From NCBI RefSeq assembly GCF_009914755.1, contig NC_060940.1: a DNA stretch of 64,000 nt. One strand, written 5' to 3'. The notes under the pieces are model-generated. The model saw only the letters and a list, made by a program, of their open reading frames with translations. It was not told the DNA's origin and did not search any database. This stretch comes from the human T2T-CHM13v2.0 reference genome, Homo sapiens. Shown here piece after piece: positions 13,391 through 29,460 of this stretch. The first letter of the stretch is position 1. Each line of letters starts with the position of its first letter. The position numbers and the translations under genes are program-made.

Positions 13391-14179
13391 AGTGGCTGTC
13401 TTGAACACTGAAACCTCATCAACTCTAATTCAGTTGCACTGGTTATTTCTGTTCCTAATTGCTACTGCACAGATCTGTACATATGCTGCACATTTAGGAT
13501 GTGTTGGTGCTTTCAAATGCAAATGTGTTCTGCAAAAATGTCTTCTGATTGTATAACTCAGCATAAGTTCTGTATGGCTTTGGCAGTGGTATAGGCTTTG
13601 TAGATTTTTATTTTAATTTAATATAAATTTTTGCTTTAAGAAGGAAATGGATTTAGTATTTGTCAGGTTAGGAGTCACCTGGATAACTCCTCTCCTCTTG
13701 TGCTCTGTCTGCTACTGCTGTGTCCCCTAAGAACAGAGGCTGCTATTAAAGCTATACTCATAGAAAAAAAAATGAAGCATTAAAAAAATTCTTTTGTTTA
13801 GTTCTTCTCTGCTTCGTAAAGGTGGGATCATATTGTAAGGTGCAGGGCTGAAGGAGCTGGGCAAATAAAGTTCTGGGACTCAAGCTCCTGACGCCTTCTC
13901 TTTCTTATCCTTCAAGTGTAGTTTCTAATCATTTTCTACTTTGCCACAGCTCCCCAGTCAGAGCTCCAGTGGTTTCCAGGTGAGAATGGACCCTGACAAA
14001 AGAGCTAGGATGGTTGATAAGCGTCTTTTCCCTTTAGATGCTGTGTGGCCTGATGGATGACCCAGTTTCTTACTATTTACAGTGTATGTGAGCTTACATA
14101 AACCACTCACCTTTCTGCACCTTTATATCCGGATTCTTAATCCAGGGGAATGGGTTTAAATAACACACGAGGGAGAGGA

Positions 14180-14400
14180 ATGGTGCTGTTGTTAAAAGCA
14201 TTATTCTCAAAGTTGGTGTTTGAATCCCAACTTTGCTCCTTATTCATTGTGTAACCATAGGCACGTTACTTAGACTCTGTGAATCTTATTTCCTGATTTG
14301 TGAAATGGAGGCAATATCACACCTTACAACACTTGAGGAAATAATGTGCTTCAAGTGATTAGCCCAGTGCTTAGTAAAAGCCTTATAGTTTCATCATTGT
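14180..14400 (+). mobile_element. MIR
   Basis: tttgaatcccaactttgc...tgtgtaaccataggcacgttactta...tgtgaaatggaggcaata. Confidence 0.6.
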
Positions 14401-14541
14401 CAAATGTTCTGCATGGTTCCAATTCCCTGATACAACTTCTCACTCTAAAGAAGCACCCATCATGATCTCGTTGTATTGACTGTGAAGAAAAGATGAACCT
14501 CAAAACAATATAAAATATAAAGAGATGTTAGGAGGAGCTAA

Positions 14542-14875
<334 letters not shown>

Positions 14876-15949
14876 TAGGTTTCTGAGGTTATTGATCCAA
14901 GCTGAAAATTAAAGTGAGATATGAATCTGGTATTATTTAGTTTTGACAGCAAATTTTAAAATAGGAAAAAAATACCTCTAAGTTTGTTTACAAAAACAAT
15001 TTAGACCATCAGAAATTCTGCCTGTGTTTTTATAAAAAATACATTCATGGAAAAATAAAGTTTTTTTTCCAATGTCTGTATAAATATGAGTTTATGTTGA
15101 ACAACGAAAGGTTTTTGCAGAGCGTTAACATTTGCTTATTAGACAATAGAATTTGATTCTGCCCTTCCGTGTGTGTCTAAATTCAATTGATTGACACCTC
15201 ATTGTTAGTAGTCCACTCTCACTAATCATTTTTAGCACACACAGAATCTAAAATCTTTGGGTGGTACTTTCCATTTCTTGCCTGTGCTTTCATGTTAGCA
15301 ATGAAATATTGATAATTTTATAAAGGAGACATAAAATACATCTGTAGAACATGATTGCAGATGTTGGCAGTGATGGAAAGGTAGCAGCTTTTGAGGGTAA
15401 GGCAAGATGGAGTGAAAGTTTGGTTAAGGAAGGCAGCTCAAGCATATTGATAAACTGAAGGAGTGCCTGTGGAGAGATCCAAGATGGACTAGAAGAGATA
15501 TAACTGAAAAGTAAGAAAGTAAGAAGGAATAGATATCAGCGTGGAGGAGAGGGGAATTGAGGAATGTGTCTCCCATTCTTTGGTTAATTTGGGTGAGATC
15601 ATCTCCTAACAGAAGGGTTTGAGTAGGAATGGCCAAAGATTGGAAAAGAGTGGTCAAGTTTATTTGTCCCTGGAAATGCAAACAAAAATGTGGAAAACTA
15701 GAGATAATGAGAACTTACATTTGTTCTTCCAACTATTATTTATTGAGTATCTATGTTGTGCTAGACACTAGAGACAAAGAGGTGAATAAAACACAGGACT
15801 TCCGGTATCATGGGGCTTATTAAAAGAAGTCAATGTGCTTAGCCTGTAATTGGGAAGACCAAGAGAGAATATCAGTTATAGCAATGGTTGCCAAACATGT
15901 GTTGGGTGAGAGGAGCTGCCTGTCTGATGTGCTACTAAAAGACAGAGCT

Positions 15950-16165
15950 GAGACCAGTAAGTAAATTTGCAGAAAGTAAGGTCTTGACTCAAAATAAGGA
16001 AGAAAGCAGTGCTGTTAGAGGGAATGAGTTCCTTGTCATTCTGAGCATCTGTAACAGAGAAGAAGTAGCCATTGGCCATGATTAATAGAGATGATTCAGA
16101 CATTGGCAGGCAAGTTGCAGTCGATGAGCTTTTAAGACACCTTACAACTCTGTGAGTCTGTGAAT
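15950..16165 (+). mobile_element. L3/CR1 3' end fragment
   Basis: gaatgagttccttgtcattctgagc...ccttacaactctgtgagtctgtga resembles the CR1/L3 terminus. Confidence 0.5.
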
Positions 16166-17894
16166 CACTGAGTGTCATCACACGATGTCACTTGCAGAAA
16201 TTATTGCATAGATTGTCATACTGCCTCAACTGTTGTCGATGTACATTTATTTTAAGAGATGGCAGAAACCAGGAAGAAGGTTAAGGTCTATTTCCGTTGA
16301 AGTAACTTCTCTTCTAGTTTCCTGTGATTAAGACATTTACTTAAAACCAGCCTTGCTGGTGAAAAGGCATATAATCACTGGTTCTCTTCAGCCCCTGTCA
16401 TGACAGATTAGCATTAATAATATAGAGAACAGCAGCATTAAAAGTAATTACAAACTGTCAGAAAGATACAAGAAATATGACATAGTTCATAGCTTCTTTT
16501 CAGGCTTCAAATATTATTTGAGGGGAAAAATAATTACATTTTTCTGTTCATTTCCTAATACAAATAACTTCAGATATCTCATAATTCTTAAAATTTGCAA
16601 TTAATTCGTTGAAAAACTAATGTCAGGTTGAAAAAGGGCCTCTTTGGTCACAGATTTGCACTGTGGAATGATTCCTTAAGGTACATTCCCAATTGCCTGT
16701 CAAGGTTCCTATTAAATGAATTAATGTAGAAACATAAATCAACTAGCATTTAAAAATACAAATTGTCTAAACTTTAATTGTACATGTGCTTAGCTTTTTC
16801 ACCTTTTGTCTGTTTAAATACTCCAACCTCTTAATTTAGGTATGCATTCCTACAAATTTACCTAAGATACCAGAATTTAGTAAAATTCTTCCCAGTGAAC
16901 TTTTGTTCAACTCAAGCCCATTTTGTTCTAGCTATCCGATCTAGTATGTGTTTTTCTATGAAAAATGAGAAAGGTTTCAGTGTTCATATCTTAATAAAAT
17001 TTATAAGGCTTCTTCCACACTTCCCCTCTTTCTGTAATCCTTTCTTCTTTATTGCATGTACTCTTTAACCTGAGAAGAAATAAAAACAAAGATGAACACT
17101 TGTTACTTCTATACTTATTCTTTTTTCCAGAGGAAAAAAGGAAAAAAAGCATTTTTCCCTATTTTTAAGCACCATTCACTACAAACTAGTCACTAACTTA
17201 CTATATTTAAAATTTATGATTTAATTGAATAGATGTATTATACATATATCTTGTGGTAGTCATGTCATCTTATATTGGTTGTTTTGTAAAAGCAAAATTC
17301 TTAACAAAATGGGTGTTCAGATTTAGATAGAATAACTTGACCTCAGGAACTGATTGTAAGCAACCAATAGGTTGAAGCAGACGGGAATAGGGGTGTTGGA
17401 TTGATGTCCATGGTCTTTCTGCCCTTACAATGCCTGGCATATTGCAGCACACGTAATTCCCGAAATAGGCCAAGGATGTCAAATAAAAAAGAAGGATGGA
17501 AAGAAGAAAAGAAGGAAGAATGTTATTGCATTCTAAATATTTGTTGACCTTACAAAGTCACTATTATATATGGCATACTCTTTAGGTAGAAGTTTCTATG
17601 GGTTAGCCTACATACTATCATGTGAAGTTCTATTTTATGTTTGTCTCAAATGATTGGAATCTTAAATCAACATTGTTCTGAGAAAGAACTAATTTCACTC
17701 ATCAGTATATACCATAATATGTACACCTATCCATGTTTTTTTCTTATTTTCTCTTTAGTTCCTCTATCATGGCCTGTCCTCTTTGGGAAAATAGTTCCCC
17801 TTCATATAAAATGGTTTATAATGACATGAATGGACTAGATCCTTTGGGGGGAAGTACTGATACTCTATCTTTCTTATTAAAAATTTTATATTGA

Positions 17895-17945
17895 CATATA
17901 TATATGTGTATATATATATGTACATGTAGAGAGAGAGAGAGAGAC
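17895..17945. repeat. (TA)n-(GA)n compound microsatellite
   Basis: Seen directly. Confidence 0.85.
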
Positions 17946-18869
17946 AAAATCATGTTACCCTCTGAACACAAAAAGCAGCTCCCTGTGAGGAAAGGCTTTA
18001 ATATTCCTTAATGTTCGTTTATTACACAAGTCACTCATACACACAAAATTAGGATAAATAAAACTGGATGATCACAAAGAACATTTAAAAATCACTATCT
18101 GGTGATAGTAACTATTATCAAGATGGTGTTTCCTACATTTATATCTTAAAACAATTAACCATACTGTACCTGCTGTTTGGGATGAGCTTTGTTCTTTCAA
18201 CAATATATAATGAATGGATGTCTTTCCTTATCAATGAATATGCAGCCATATTACCATTTCTAATGACTTCAGAGCATTCATTGGGTGGCTTCATTTAAGC
18301 CCTCTTTATTTAAGCATGTCCTATCATTGAAAATTCAGATAATTTCTACTTTGTTGCTATTAAAGAATTTTATGATGGACATCCTTGTAATTCTCCCCTT
18401 GCATTCATTTAGGATCCTTTCAGAGCCTCCAGGTGTCGTTGGTGTCTTACAGGGAACAGCTGCCACACCAGAGACAGGATCAAATCCAGTCCTTAGTGCT
18501 CAGTAGGCAGGATCTGACTAAATTAAAAAGTGAACCAAAAGGATGAAGCTGTGAGCAAAGTAGAGCCTTCGGGTCATTTTACTCTTTTGCTTAGCATCTT
18601 TTCCTCCTGTTATTTCTGCATTAGTACTGGTAGCAGTCTATATAACCCTTTCCCAAGGAAAATCATGGATCTCTTCAGCCACAGTTACAGACGTGGAAGT
18701 TGCACTTACCCTAAAGCCCTAAAAGTGTGTGTATGTGTGTGCATGTGTGTATGCATGTGTGTTTCTATCTGAAATTTGGAAGTAATGGCAAAGGATCCCT
18801 GCATATCCTTTCAATGTCATGCTAAAGTACTCACTAACAAGCCTGCCCGAGGTTTGACTCTCTTGGGGG

Positions 18870-19087
18870 CAGGGCTGGCAAACTTTATATGTAAAAGGCA
18901 AGGTAATAAATATTTTAGATTTAGATGGCCATATAGTCCCCGTCACAACGACTCACTCTGCTATTGTAGGGCAAAAGCAGCCACAGACAATACATAAATG
19001 AGTGAATGTGGCTATATTTCAATAAAACTCCATGAAAATGTGAGGCAGACCAGATTTGGCCCACAGGCCATAGTTTCCTGACTCTTG
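18870..19087 (-). mobile_element. MER58A (hAT-Charlie)
   Basis: cagggctggcaaactt...gcagccacagacaatacataaatgagtg...tttggcccacaggccatagttt. Confidence 0.88.
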
Positions 19088-19189
19088 TATTCGGGAAATG
19101 TAATTTTGTTTTACTTACTATTTATTATTATTAACTGACAAGGTATAAATTAGTTTTGTTTCGAAGAGATGCAAGGGTTTTATATGCAA

Positions 19190-22097
19190 TAGGAAAATAA
19201 CCACAATGGTTCTGCTGCCTAAAAGAGACCCACTTACTGGATAAAGACAGGTATAGGCTCAAATTAAATGGGTGGAAAAAGACATACAATGTGAATGGAA
19301 AACAAAAGCAAGCAGAACTAGCAATCGTTATATCAAATAAAGCAGATTTAAACGAACAACAGTAAAAAAGCGGAAAGGACGGCATTATATGATGATAAAG
19401 CGTTCAATACAACAAGATTTAACACTGTCCTAAATATATATGCACCCAACACCAGAGCGCATGGATTTATAAAGCAAATACTAGATCTAAGAAAACATTG
19501 AGAACAATACTATAATAGTGGGGGACTTCAGCACCCTACTGATATCACTAGACAGATCCTTCAGGCAGAAAATCAACAAAGAAACTCTGGACTTAAACTG
19601 GATTAGAGACCAAATGGACCTAATAAACATTTACAGAACATTCTATCCAACAACTGCAGAATATACATTCTTCTCATCTCTGCGTGGAACATTCTCCAAA
19701 ATGAACCATATACTTGGCCATAAAGCAAGTGTCAGTAAATTTTTAAAAAATCAAAATTATATCAAGTATCTTTTCTGAACACAGTGGAATAAAATTAGAA
19801 ATCAATACCAGGAGATATTCTCAAAACTACACAAGTACATGGAAACTAAACAACTTGTTATAGAATGACATTTGGGTAAACAATAAGATTAAGACAGAAA
19901 TTAAAAAAAACTGAAATGAATGAAAATAGAGACGCAACATACCAAAACCTCTGGGATACAGCAAAAGCAGTGCTAAGAGGAAAGCTTTTAGCATTAAGTG
20001 CCTATATAAAACAGAAAGATCTCAAATTAATAACCTAGTATCAAACCTCAAGGAACTAGAAAAAGAAGAACAATCCAACTCAAAGCTAGCAGAAGAAAAG
20101 AAATAACAAAGATCAGAGCAGAACTAAATGAGACGAAGAACAAAAAAACAAAGGTCCAGTGGATCAACAAAACAAAAATTTGGTTTTCTGAAAGGATAAA
20201 TAAAATTGTCAGACTGCTAGCTAGAGTAACCAAGAAAAAAAAGAGAGAAGATTCAAGTAAGTACAATCCAAGATGATAAAGGTGACATTACAACTGCTAC
20301 CACAGAATTATAAAAGAGCATCAGAGACTACTGTGAGTACCTCTGTGCATACTAACTGGAAAACATAGAGGAAATGGGTAAATTCCTGTAAACATGCAAT
20401 CCCCCAAGATGGAAGAAATAGAAATCCTAAGCAGACCAGTAATGAGTAATAAAATTGAATTAATATTAAAGAAGTCTCCTAACAAAAAAGACCAGGACTA
20501 GATGTATTCACAGCCAAATTTTACCAGATATACAAAGAAGTGTTGGTACCAATCTTACTGAAATTATTCAAAAAAATTCAGGAGGATGGATTCCTCCCTA
20601 ACACATTCTGTGAAACCAGTATCAGCCTGACACCAAAGTCAGGCAAGGAAACAACAACAACAAAAATAAAACCATAGATCAATACCCCTGGAGAACATAG
20701 ATGCAGAAATCCTCAAGAAAATACTAGCAAACTGAATTCAACAACACACCAAAAAGATAATTCATCATGCTCAAGTGGGTTTTATCCCAGGGATTCAAGG
20801 ATGGTTCAACATTCACAAATCAATAAATGCAATTCACCATATAAACAGAACTAAAAACAGAAACCATATGATCATGTCAGCAGATGCAGAAAAGGCATTT
20901 GATAAAATCCAACATCCTTTGATGATGGAAACCTTCAACAAAACAGGCATCAAAAAATGCCTCAAAATAATAAGAGTCATATACGACAAGCCCACAGCCA
21001 ACATTGTACTTAATGGGGAAAAGTTGAAAACATTCCCCCTAAGAACTGGAACAAGAAAAAGATGTCCATTCTCACCACTCCAATTCAGCATAGTAATAGA
21101 AGTCCCAGCCAGAGCAATAAGACAAAAGAAAGAACTAAAAGGCATTCAAACTGGAAAAGAAGTCAAATTATCACTGTTTAATGATGACACGATTGTATAC
21201 CTGGAATACCGTGACTCCTTCAGAAGACTCCTAGACTTGATAAATGACTTCAGTAAAGTCTTAGGATACAAAACTAATGTATAAAAATCAGTAGCGTTTC
21301 TGTACACCAGTAACATTCAAGCTGAGGATCGAATCAAGAACTCAACCCCATTTACAATAGCCACAAAAAAATAAAATACCCAGGAAGATATTTAACCAAG
21401 GAGGTGAAAGATCTCTACAAGAAGAACTATAAAACACTGATAAAAGAAATTATAGATGACACAAACAAGTGAAAAAATGCCCCAAGTTCATGGATTGGAA
21501 GAATCAGTATTGTTAAGGTGACCATACTTTCCAAAACAACTTATAGATTTAATGCAGTTCGTATCAAACTATCAATGTCATTTTTCACAGTATTAGAATA
21601 AAACAATAGCAAAGTCATGGAACCAACCTAACTGTCCATCAACAATTGACTGTATAAAGAAAATGGTATATATACACTATGGACTTAGTAAGCAGCCATA
21701 AAGAAGCCCTATGGACTTAGTAAGCAGCCATAATAAAAGAAGGAAATCATGTCCTTTGCAACAACGTGGATGGAGCTGGAGGCCATTATCCTAAGTGAAC
21801 TAACTTAGAAACAGAAAGGTAAATACTGAATGTTCTCACTTGCACGTGGCAGCTAACAATGAGTACACATGGACATAAAGATGGAAATAATAGACACTGG
21901 GGACTCCAAAAGTGGGAGGGTGGAACTGGGATGCTGGTTGAAAAATTACCTATCGGGTACAATGTTCACTATTTGAGTAGTAGGTGCCACTACAAGCCCA
22001 ATCCCCACCTGTATGCAATATAGGCATGGAACAAACATGCACGTGTACCCCCTGATTCTAAAATAAAGTAAGATAAAATAAAATAAAAATAACAATA
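19190..22097 (+). mobile_element. 5'-truncated L1 (L1PA16/17 to L1PB age): degraded ORF2 EN-RT, internal deletion, 3' UTR
   Basis: ORFs 19518-19778 (GDFSTLL...DIYRT-like, EN) and 20775-21284 ([12 protein letters not shown]...[14 protein letters not shown]); many stops and frameshifts; jumps to the ORF2 C-terminus at about 21605; A-rich tail at 22060-22097. Confidence 0.93.
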
Positions 22098-22879
22098 ACC
22101 CTGATGATTATTCCATTATTGCTTTATAGAGTATTTGCCATTTTAAATATACAACTTAGCAACCATTGTCCAGCTTTGGCATCCTGCTGGCTCTCTCATT
22201 AATAAGTTAGTAAAATTTCAGCATGTCCTCACTATTTATATGAGAATTATGTTTTAAGCTTTTCAAAAAAGTATACTTTGCCTGGACTCCACAGGAAAGA
22301 CGACCTTAAGAAAAAGACTTGGTAAGGAACATAGACTCAGAAGGTCAGCTCAGCCTTCCTTGCCTCTGCTGTTTTCTGCAGAGATGGTTGTCTGGTTTTT
22401 CATTTGCCTCTCTTTTGCTTGCGACCAGATAACTTACTGTCCCCATAGCATCTTTGTCCTCAGGAAGCTCCCTTCTACAAGGGCAGGACATCCTCATCAA
22501 TTGGAAGGATAGTCTTGTGTCTAAACATTTGTGACGGTTCTGCTAAGTACATGCTGTGGCCAGCAGCATAGTTCCACCAGCAACTCACTTACAAAGTGTA
22601 ACACATTTAGCTAGTTTTTTTTTTTAAGCCTTCACACTTTTTTTTTTTTCTGTTATGATTTCATTCTGAAAAGGGAACCAAGCCCGTTGATCATCTCCGA
22701 GTTTAGCAGAGAGCCTGGTGCTTGAGGGTTACGCTGCAGCATACACCGCCTCAGTGATTCACTGTCTCCACCAGTCACTAAGTATCTGTGCTCAGCAGCC
22801 GCTGCTTGCCGGCACTTTGCTGATTTTTTTCTTTTGCTTTTGAAAAAGCTGCTGTGTGGTTTCTGTATACAGAATTTGA

Positions 22880-23100
22880 GTCTCTGCTTTTCCCCGGATC
22901 ATCTCATTTGATCCTCCAAGCCAGCTTATGAGGCTAGTTTAGTATATTGCCACTGTTTATAGAGGAGGATTCTGAGAACTCAAAGAAGTTAAGGCACTTG
23001 CCTGAGATCACACTGCTTGTAAACTGCTGGGTTAAAATGGATTTTAACCCAGTTCCACCCACCCCTCAAACTCAAGCTTAGCCCTGCCCTGTATTGCCTC
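22880..23100 (-). mobile_element. MIR
   Basis: atctcatttgatcctc...gaagttaaggcacttgcctgagatcacac. Confidence 0.6.
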
Positions 23101-23274
23101 CCCAGTCCCTTACTCCCAGATCTGCCAGACCTATCTGCAGATCAGACCTGTCTTCATTCCTGGGCCTGTATGACTGTGGCTGGTAGGATAATATTAATAC
23201 TAATATTTTAATGCTAACACTAATGTTAATACCCAACACTAACTGAGCATTCATAAATACCAGGCCCCTTTTTA

Positions 23275-23313
23275 ACAGGAAGGTTATAATCTATCATCCA
23301 AACAGGGATACCT
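23275..23313. mobile_element. MER94 (hAT-Blackjack) left part
   Basis: ataatctatcatccaaacagggatacct resembles the start of MER94 and continues at 29708. Confidence 0.5.
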
Positions 23314-23526
23314 TTTTAAAAACAACTTTATTGGGACAGTTGACAGATAATAAACTATAAATGTTTAAAGCATATAATTTAATAAATTTTGATATGTATA
23401 TTCACATGAAGCCCTCACCGTGATCAAGATAGTGGATGTTTCTATGACCCCTGAAAGTTTCCTTATGCCTGTTTATCATCCTTCCCTATCACCCACTCCT
23501 GTTCCTGGGTAACCACTGATCTGCTT

Positions 23527-23921
23527 CTTTTCTTCTTTTCTTTCCTTTCCTCCCTTCCCCTCCCCTCCCCTCCCCTCCCCTCCCCTCCCCTCCCCTCCCC
23601 TCCCCTCCCCTCCCCTCCCCTCCCCTCCTCTCCCCTGCTCTCCCCTCCCCTCTCCTCTCCTCTTCTGACAGAATCTTGCTCCTGCGATCTTTGCTCAATG
23701 CAATCTCTGCCTCCTGGGTTCAAGCAATTCTCCTCCATCAGCCTCCCAAGTAGCCGGGATTACAAGCACATGCCACCATGCCAGCTAATTTTTGTATTTT
23801 TAGTAGAGAAGGGGTTTTTCCATGTTGGCCAAGCTGGTGTCGAACTCCTGACCTCAGGTGATCTGCCCAGCTGGTCCTCACAAAATGCTGGGATTACCAG
23901 CATGAGCCACCACGCTTGACC
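23527..23921 (-). mobile_element. AluSx-like with (AGGGG)n-expanded tail and a short internal deletion
   Basis: Alu body 23665-23921 (ctgacctcaggtgatc); tail 23527-23664 includes (TCCCC)14 at 23556-23625. Confidence 0.9.
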
Positions 23922-25059
23922 TGCTTTCTGTCACTATGGATTAGTTTGCATTTTCTAGAATTGTCTTTCTTTCTTTCTTACTTATTGATACACACATGTT
24001 GTGTGTATCAGTAGTTCATTCCTTTATATTGCTGAGTAGTACTCCATAGTATGGATATGCCTCAGTTAATTCATCCATTCACCTGTTCATGGGCATTTGA
24101 GTTGTTTTCACTTTTTAAATATTACCAACAAAGCTGCTATGATCATTAATGTACAAGTCTTTGTATGAACGTATGCTTTCATTTCTCTTGGTAAATACCT
24201 AGGAGTAGAATAACTAGATCATATTGTTGGTGTAGCTTTAATTTTTAAGAAACTGCCAATTTTTTCCAAAGCGGTTGTACCATTTAATATTCTCATAAAT
24301 GGCATATAAAAGCATATTAAGTCCTCTACATCTTCATTGACACTTTGTGTGGTGAGCCTTTATAATTTTAAATATTATTAATAATTACATGTAGTATGAT
24401 ATCATGGCTTTAATTTTGCATTTCCCTAATGATTAATGATGTTGAATATATTTTCAAGTCTTTATTTGCCATCTATGTATCTTCTTTAGTGAAGTTTCTG
24501 TTCAAAATTTTTGCTCATCTTTTTTTAAGTGGGTTGTTTCTTACTGAGTTTTCAGAGTTCTTTAGATATTTTTGATACAAGTCCTTTATCAGATATGTGA
24601 TGGCAACTGTTTTCTCCCAGTCTGTGGCTTGTCTTTTCGTGCTGTTCAGTGTCTTTGAAGACTAAAAATTTAAAGTTTATAAAATTCAGTTGATTAATTT
24701 TTAATTTTTATAGTGCATGGTTTTTATGTTTCTTCGGAGAAATACTTGCCTAGCCCATAATCACGTTTTCTTCTTTGTTTTTTCTCTAAATGTTTTAAGA
24801 TTTTAGGTTTTTCACAAATGTTCCATTTTGTGTTAATTTTTATGTGTGGAGGTAGATATTGATTTGTCAATTACACTGGGCTTCTTTTTCCACATAGATG
24901 ATGATGGTAATGGTGAATAATGATAGCTCTACTTCAGTCTGGAGAGATTTTATTTTTGCCTTATTTCACTGGCTGGAACCTCTTAGACAGTGTTTAATAG
25001 AATTGGTGCGAGTGAGCATTCTTGTCTCATTCCTGATGTAGGAGTAAAATAATATTTAA

Positions 25060-25993
<934 letters not shown>

Positions 25994-26992
25994 AAGAATG
26001 ATATAAGTAAGCTATGTGATTTTATAGGTGTCCTTTATCTGGCTGAAGAGTTCTCTTTTATTCTTAGTTTACTGAGAGGTTTTTTTTTTGTTTGTTTTAA
26101 ATTAGAAATGAATGTTGGATTTCGTTGAATGCTTTTGTAATTTTTCTTTCAAGATATATTAATATCATGAATACCTTTAACTGATTTTTGAATATTAAAC
26201 TAAACTTTTTTTCCTGGGATAAGGCTTGTCTAGTCATGAGGTACTTACACATTGTTGGATTCGATTTGCTCACGTTGTTATGCTTTGGGATATTGCCTGT
26301 AGGTTTTTGTTTTGGAGTTTTCTTTTTGTAATCTCTCTTTTCTCTCTATTTCAATCTCATCAGAGTATTGGGCTTCATAGAGTGAGTTGAAAAATATTTT
26401 CCTTTCTTCAGTTCTCTGGAAGAGTTTGTCTAGAATTAATACTATTATTGCCTTCAATATTTGGTGGAGTCTTTCAGTGAAGTCATCTGAACTCGGAGTT
26501 TTCTTTGTGGTAGTTTTCACAACAAATTTATTTAATTTATTTAGGGTTATTTGGGTAATCTAGCTCTTCTTGTGTAAACTTTGATATTTTGTGTCACTTA
26601 AGTCATTTGCTTATTTCATCTGTTATCAAATTTATTGGCATAGAATTGTTCATAATATTTCTTTACTATCCTTTGATTATATTTAGATCTTCCGTGATGT
26701 TACTTATTTTATTCCTAATATTGGAAATTTGTGTTTTCTTTTTCCTTTTTTTTGTCCTGATCAGTGGCTACAAACTTATCAATGTTATTAATCTTCACAA
26801 GAAACTGGTTTTGGTTTTATTGTTTTTCTCTGTTGTTTTCTGTTTTATAGTTTATTCAATTCGTAATTATAAATGGATTTATTAATAATTAAAATGCTGA
26901 TGTTTATTATTTCTTCTCTTCTGCTTACTTTAGGTTTCATTTGCTCTTCTTTTTCTAATTTCTTATGGTGGAAGCTGAGGTAATTGATTTGA

Positions 26993-27372
<380 letters not shown>

Positions 27373-29096
27373 GCGTTAAACAAATTTTGATGATATATTG
27401 TGTTTTCATTTTTATTCAACTTAAAAGACTTTTTAATTTCTTATTTGATTCATGAATTCTTTGGAAGTGTGTTACGTACATTTCAAGTATTTGAAGAATT
27501 TTCTAGACGGCTTTCTATTATTGATTTGTAATTTAATCCTACTGTGGTCAGAGAACATACTTTGTAAAACTTGAATCGTTATATATTTATTGTTGCTTGT
27601 TTTATGGCTTATAACATGCTTTTTCTTGGTAAATGTTCCATGCGCACTTGAAAAGAATGTATTTTCTGTTGTCGACGAGTGTTCTAGAAAGGTCAAATAG
27701 GTTAAGTTGGTTGATAGCATTGTATAAGTCTTCTATGTTCTTACTAATTTTCTATCTAGACAGTCTATCAATTATTGAGAGAATGTTAAAATTTGACAAA
27801 AATGCCAATTTTTCTATTTCTCTACAATTCTATAAGTTTCCAATTTATGATTTTGAAGCTTTGTGTTTAGGTGCATAAATATTTAGAATTGTTTTGTACT
27901 CTTGATGCCTTGACCTCTCTATCATTATGAAATGATTATCTTCAACTTGGGTAATTTTAATTCCTGAAATATAACCTCATCTGATACTAATATAGCATCT
28001 TCAGTTTTATTTTGGTTAGTATTAGCATGATATACATCTTTTCACCCTTTTACTTTTAATCTGTGTCTTTGTATTGAAAATGAATTTCTTATAGGCGGTA
28101 TACAACTAGGTATTACTTTTTTATCTAATCTGATAATTTGGGATTTTTAATTGAGGAATTTGGGCTATTTACATTTAATGTAATTATTGACATCTTTAGT
28201 GGGCTTAAATCTACATGATAGTACTTATTTTTTATTGTCCCATCTGTTCTTTTTTATTCCCTTTCCTCTTTTTCTGCCTTTTTTTGGAGTATTTTTATAA
28301 TTCCATTTTTATCTCTTTAGTTGGTTTATTAGCTATAACTCTTTGTTGAGTTATTTTAGTGGTTACTTTAGGGTTTATAATTAAGTTCATAATTTTACAC
28401 ACACACACACATATATATATAGCAGTTGATATCTTTTATAAAGATTTAATAAGAAAATAATCAGAAAAAAATTATTGTATTTACCCAGGCAGTTACAGTT
28501 TCTGATGCTTCATTCCTTTTTCTCAATCTAAGTCTATATCTGGAATAATTTTTCTTCTGCTCTAAGAATCTTAATATTCTTTGTATTACAGTTTTGTTGG
28601 TGATAATTCTTTCAGATTTTGTGTTTTGTAAACATCTTAATTTTGCCTTTGTTTTAAAAAGACATTTAAAAATCATTAAACAATTCTAGGTTGGTTGTTT
28701 TTGGTATTTCTATAAGTATTCTTGACAGCTTTTCTGAAACAGAGTTAAATTACTAGGAAACAGTTTAATCCATGTAGGTCTTGCTTTTATATTTTGTTAG
28801 GTGGGACCAAAGCAGCATTTAATCTAGGGTTAATTCTTCCTTATTACTGAAGCAAGACTCTCTTTAATACTCTCATCAATGCCCCATCAATTGAGAAGTT
28901 TCCATTCTAGCTGTTGGGAAAATCGGCTGTTAGAGGGTGGTGTTCATCTGATCTTTTGGGGTGGCTCTTTCCTCGTGCTTGGGTAAGTTTCTTCACAGGC
29001 ACACATTGATCAGTACTTAAGTTGGACCCTCTAAAGGTCTCCTGAGTTCTCTTTCTGTGCATCCTTTTCTCTGGAACTCAGCCTTGAAAATTTTAG

Positions 29097-29460
<364 letters not shown>

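Noticed and set aside
20775-21284. 169-aa reverse transcriptase ORF as a functional or novel RT system
   Set aside because: Ordinary fragment of a decayed L1 ORF2, surrounded by stops and frameshifts, with the catalytic FADD altered to FNDD
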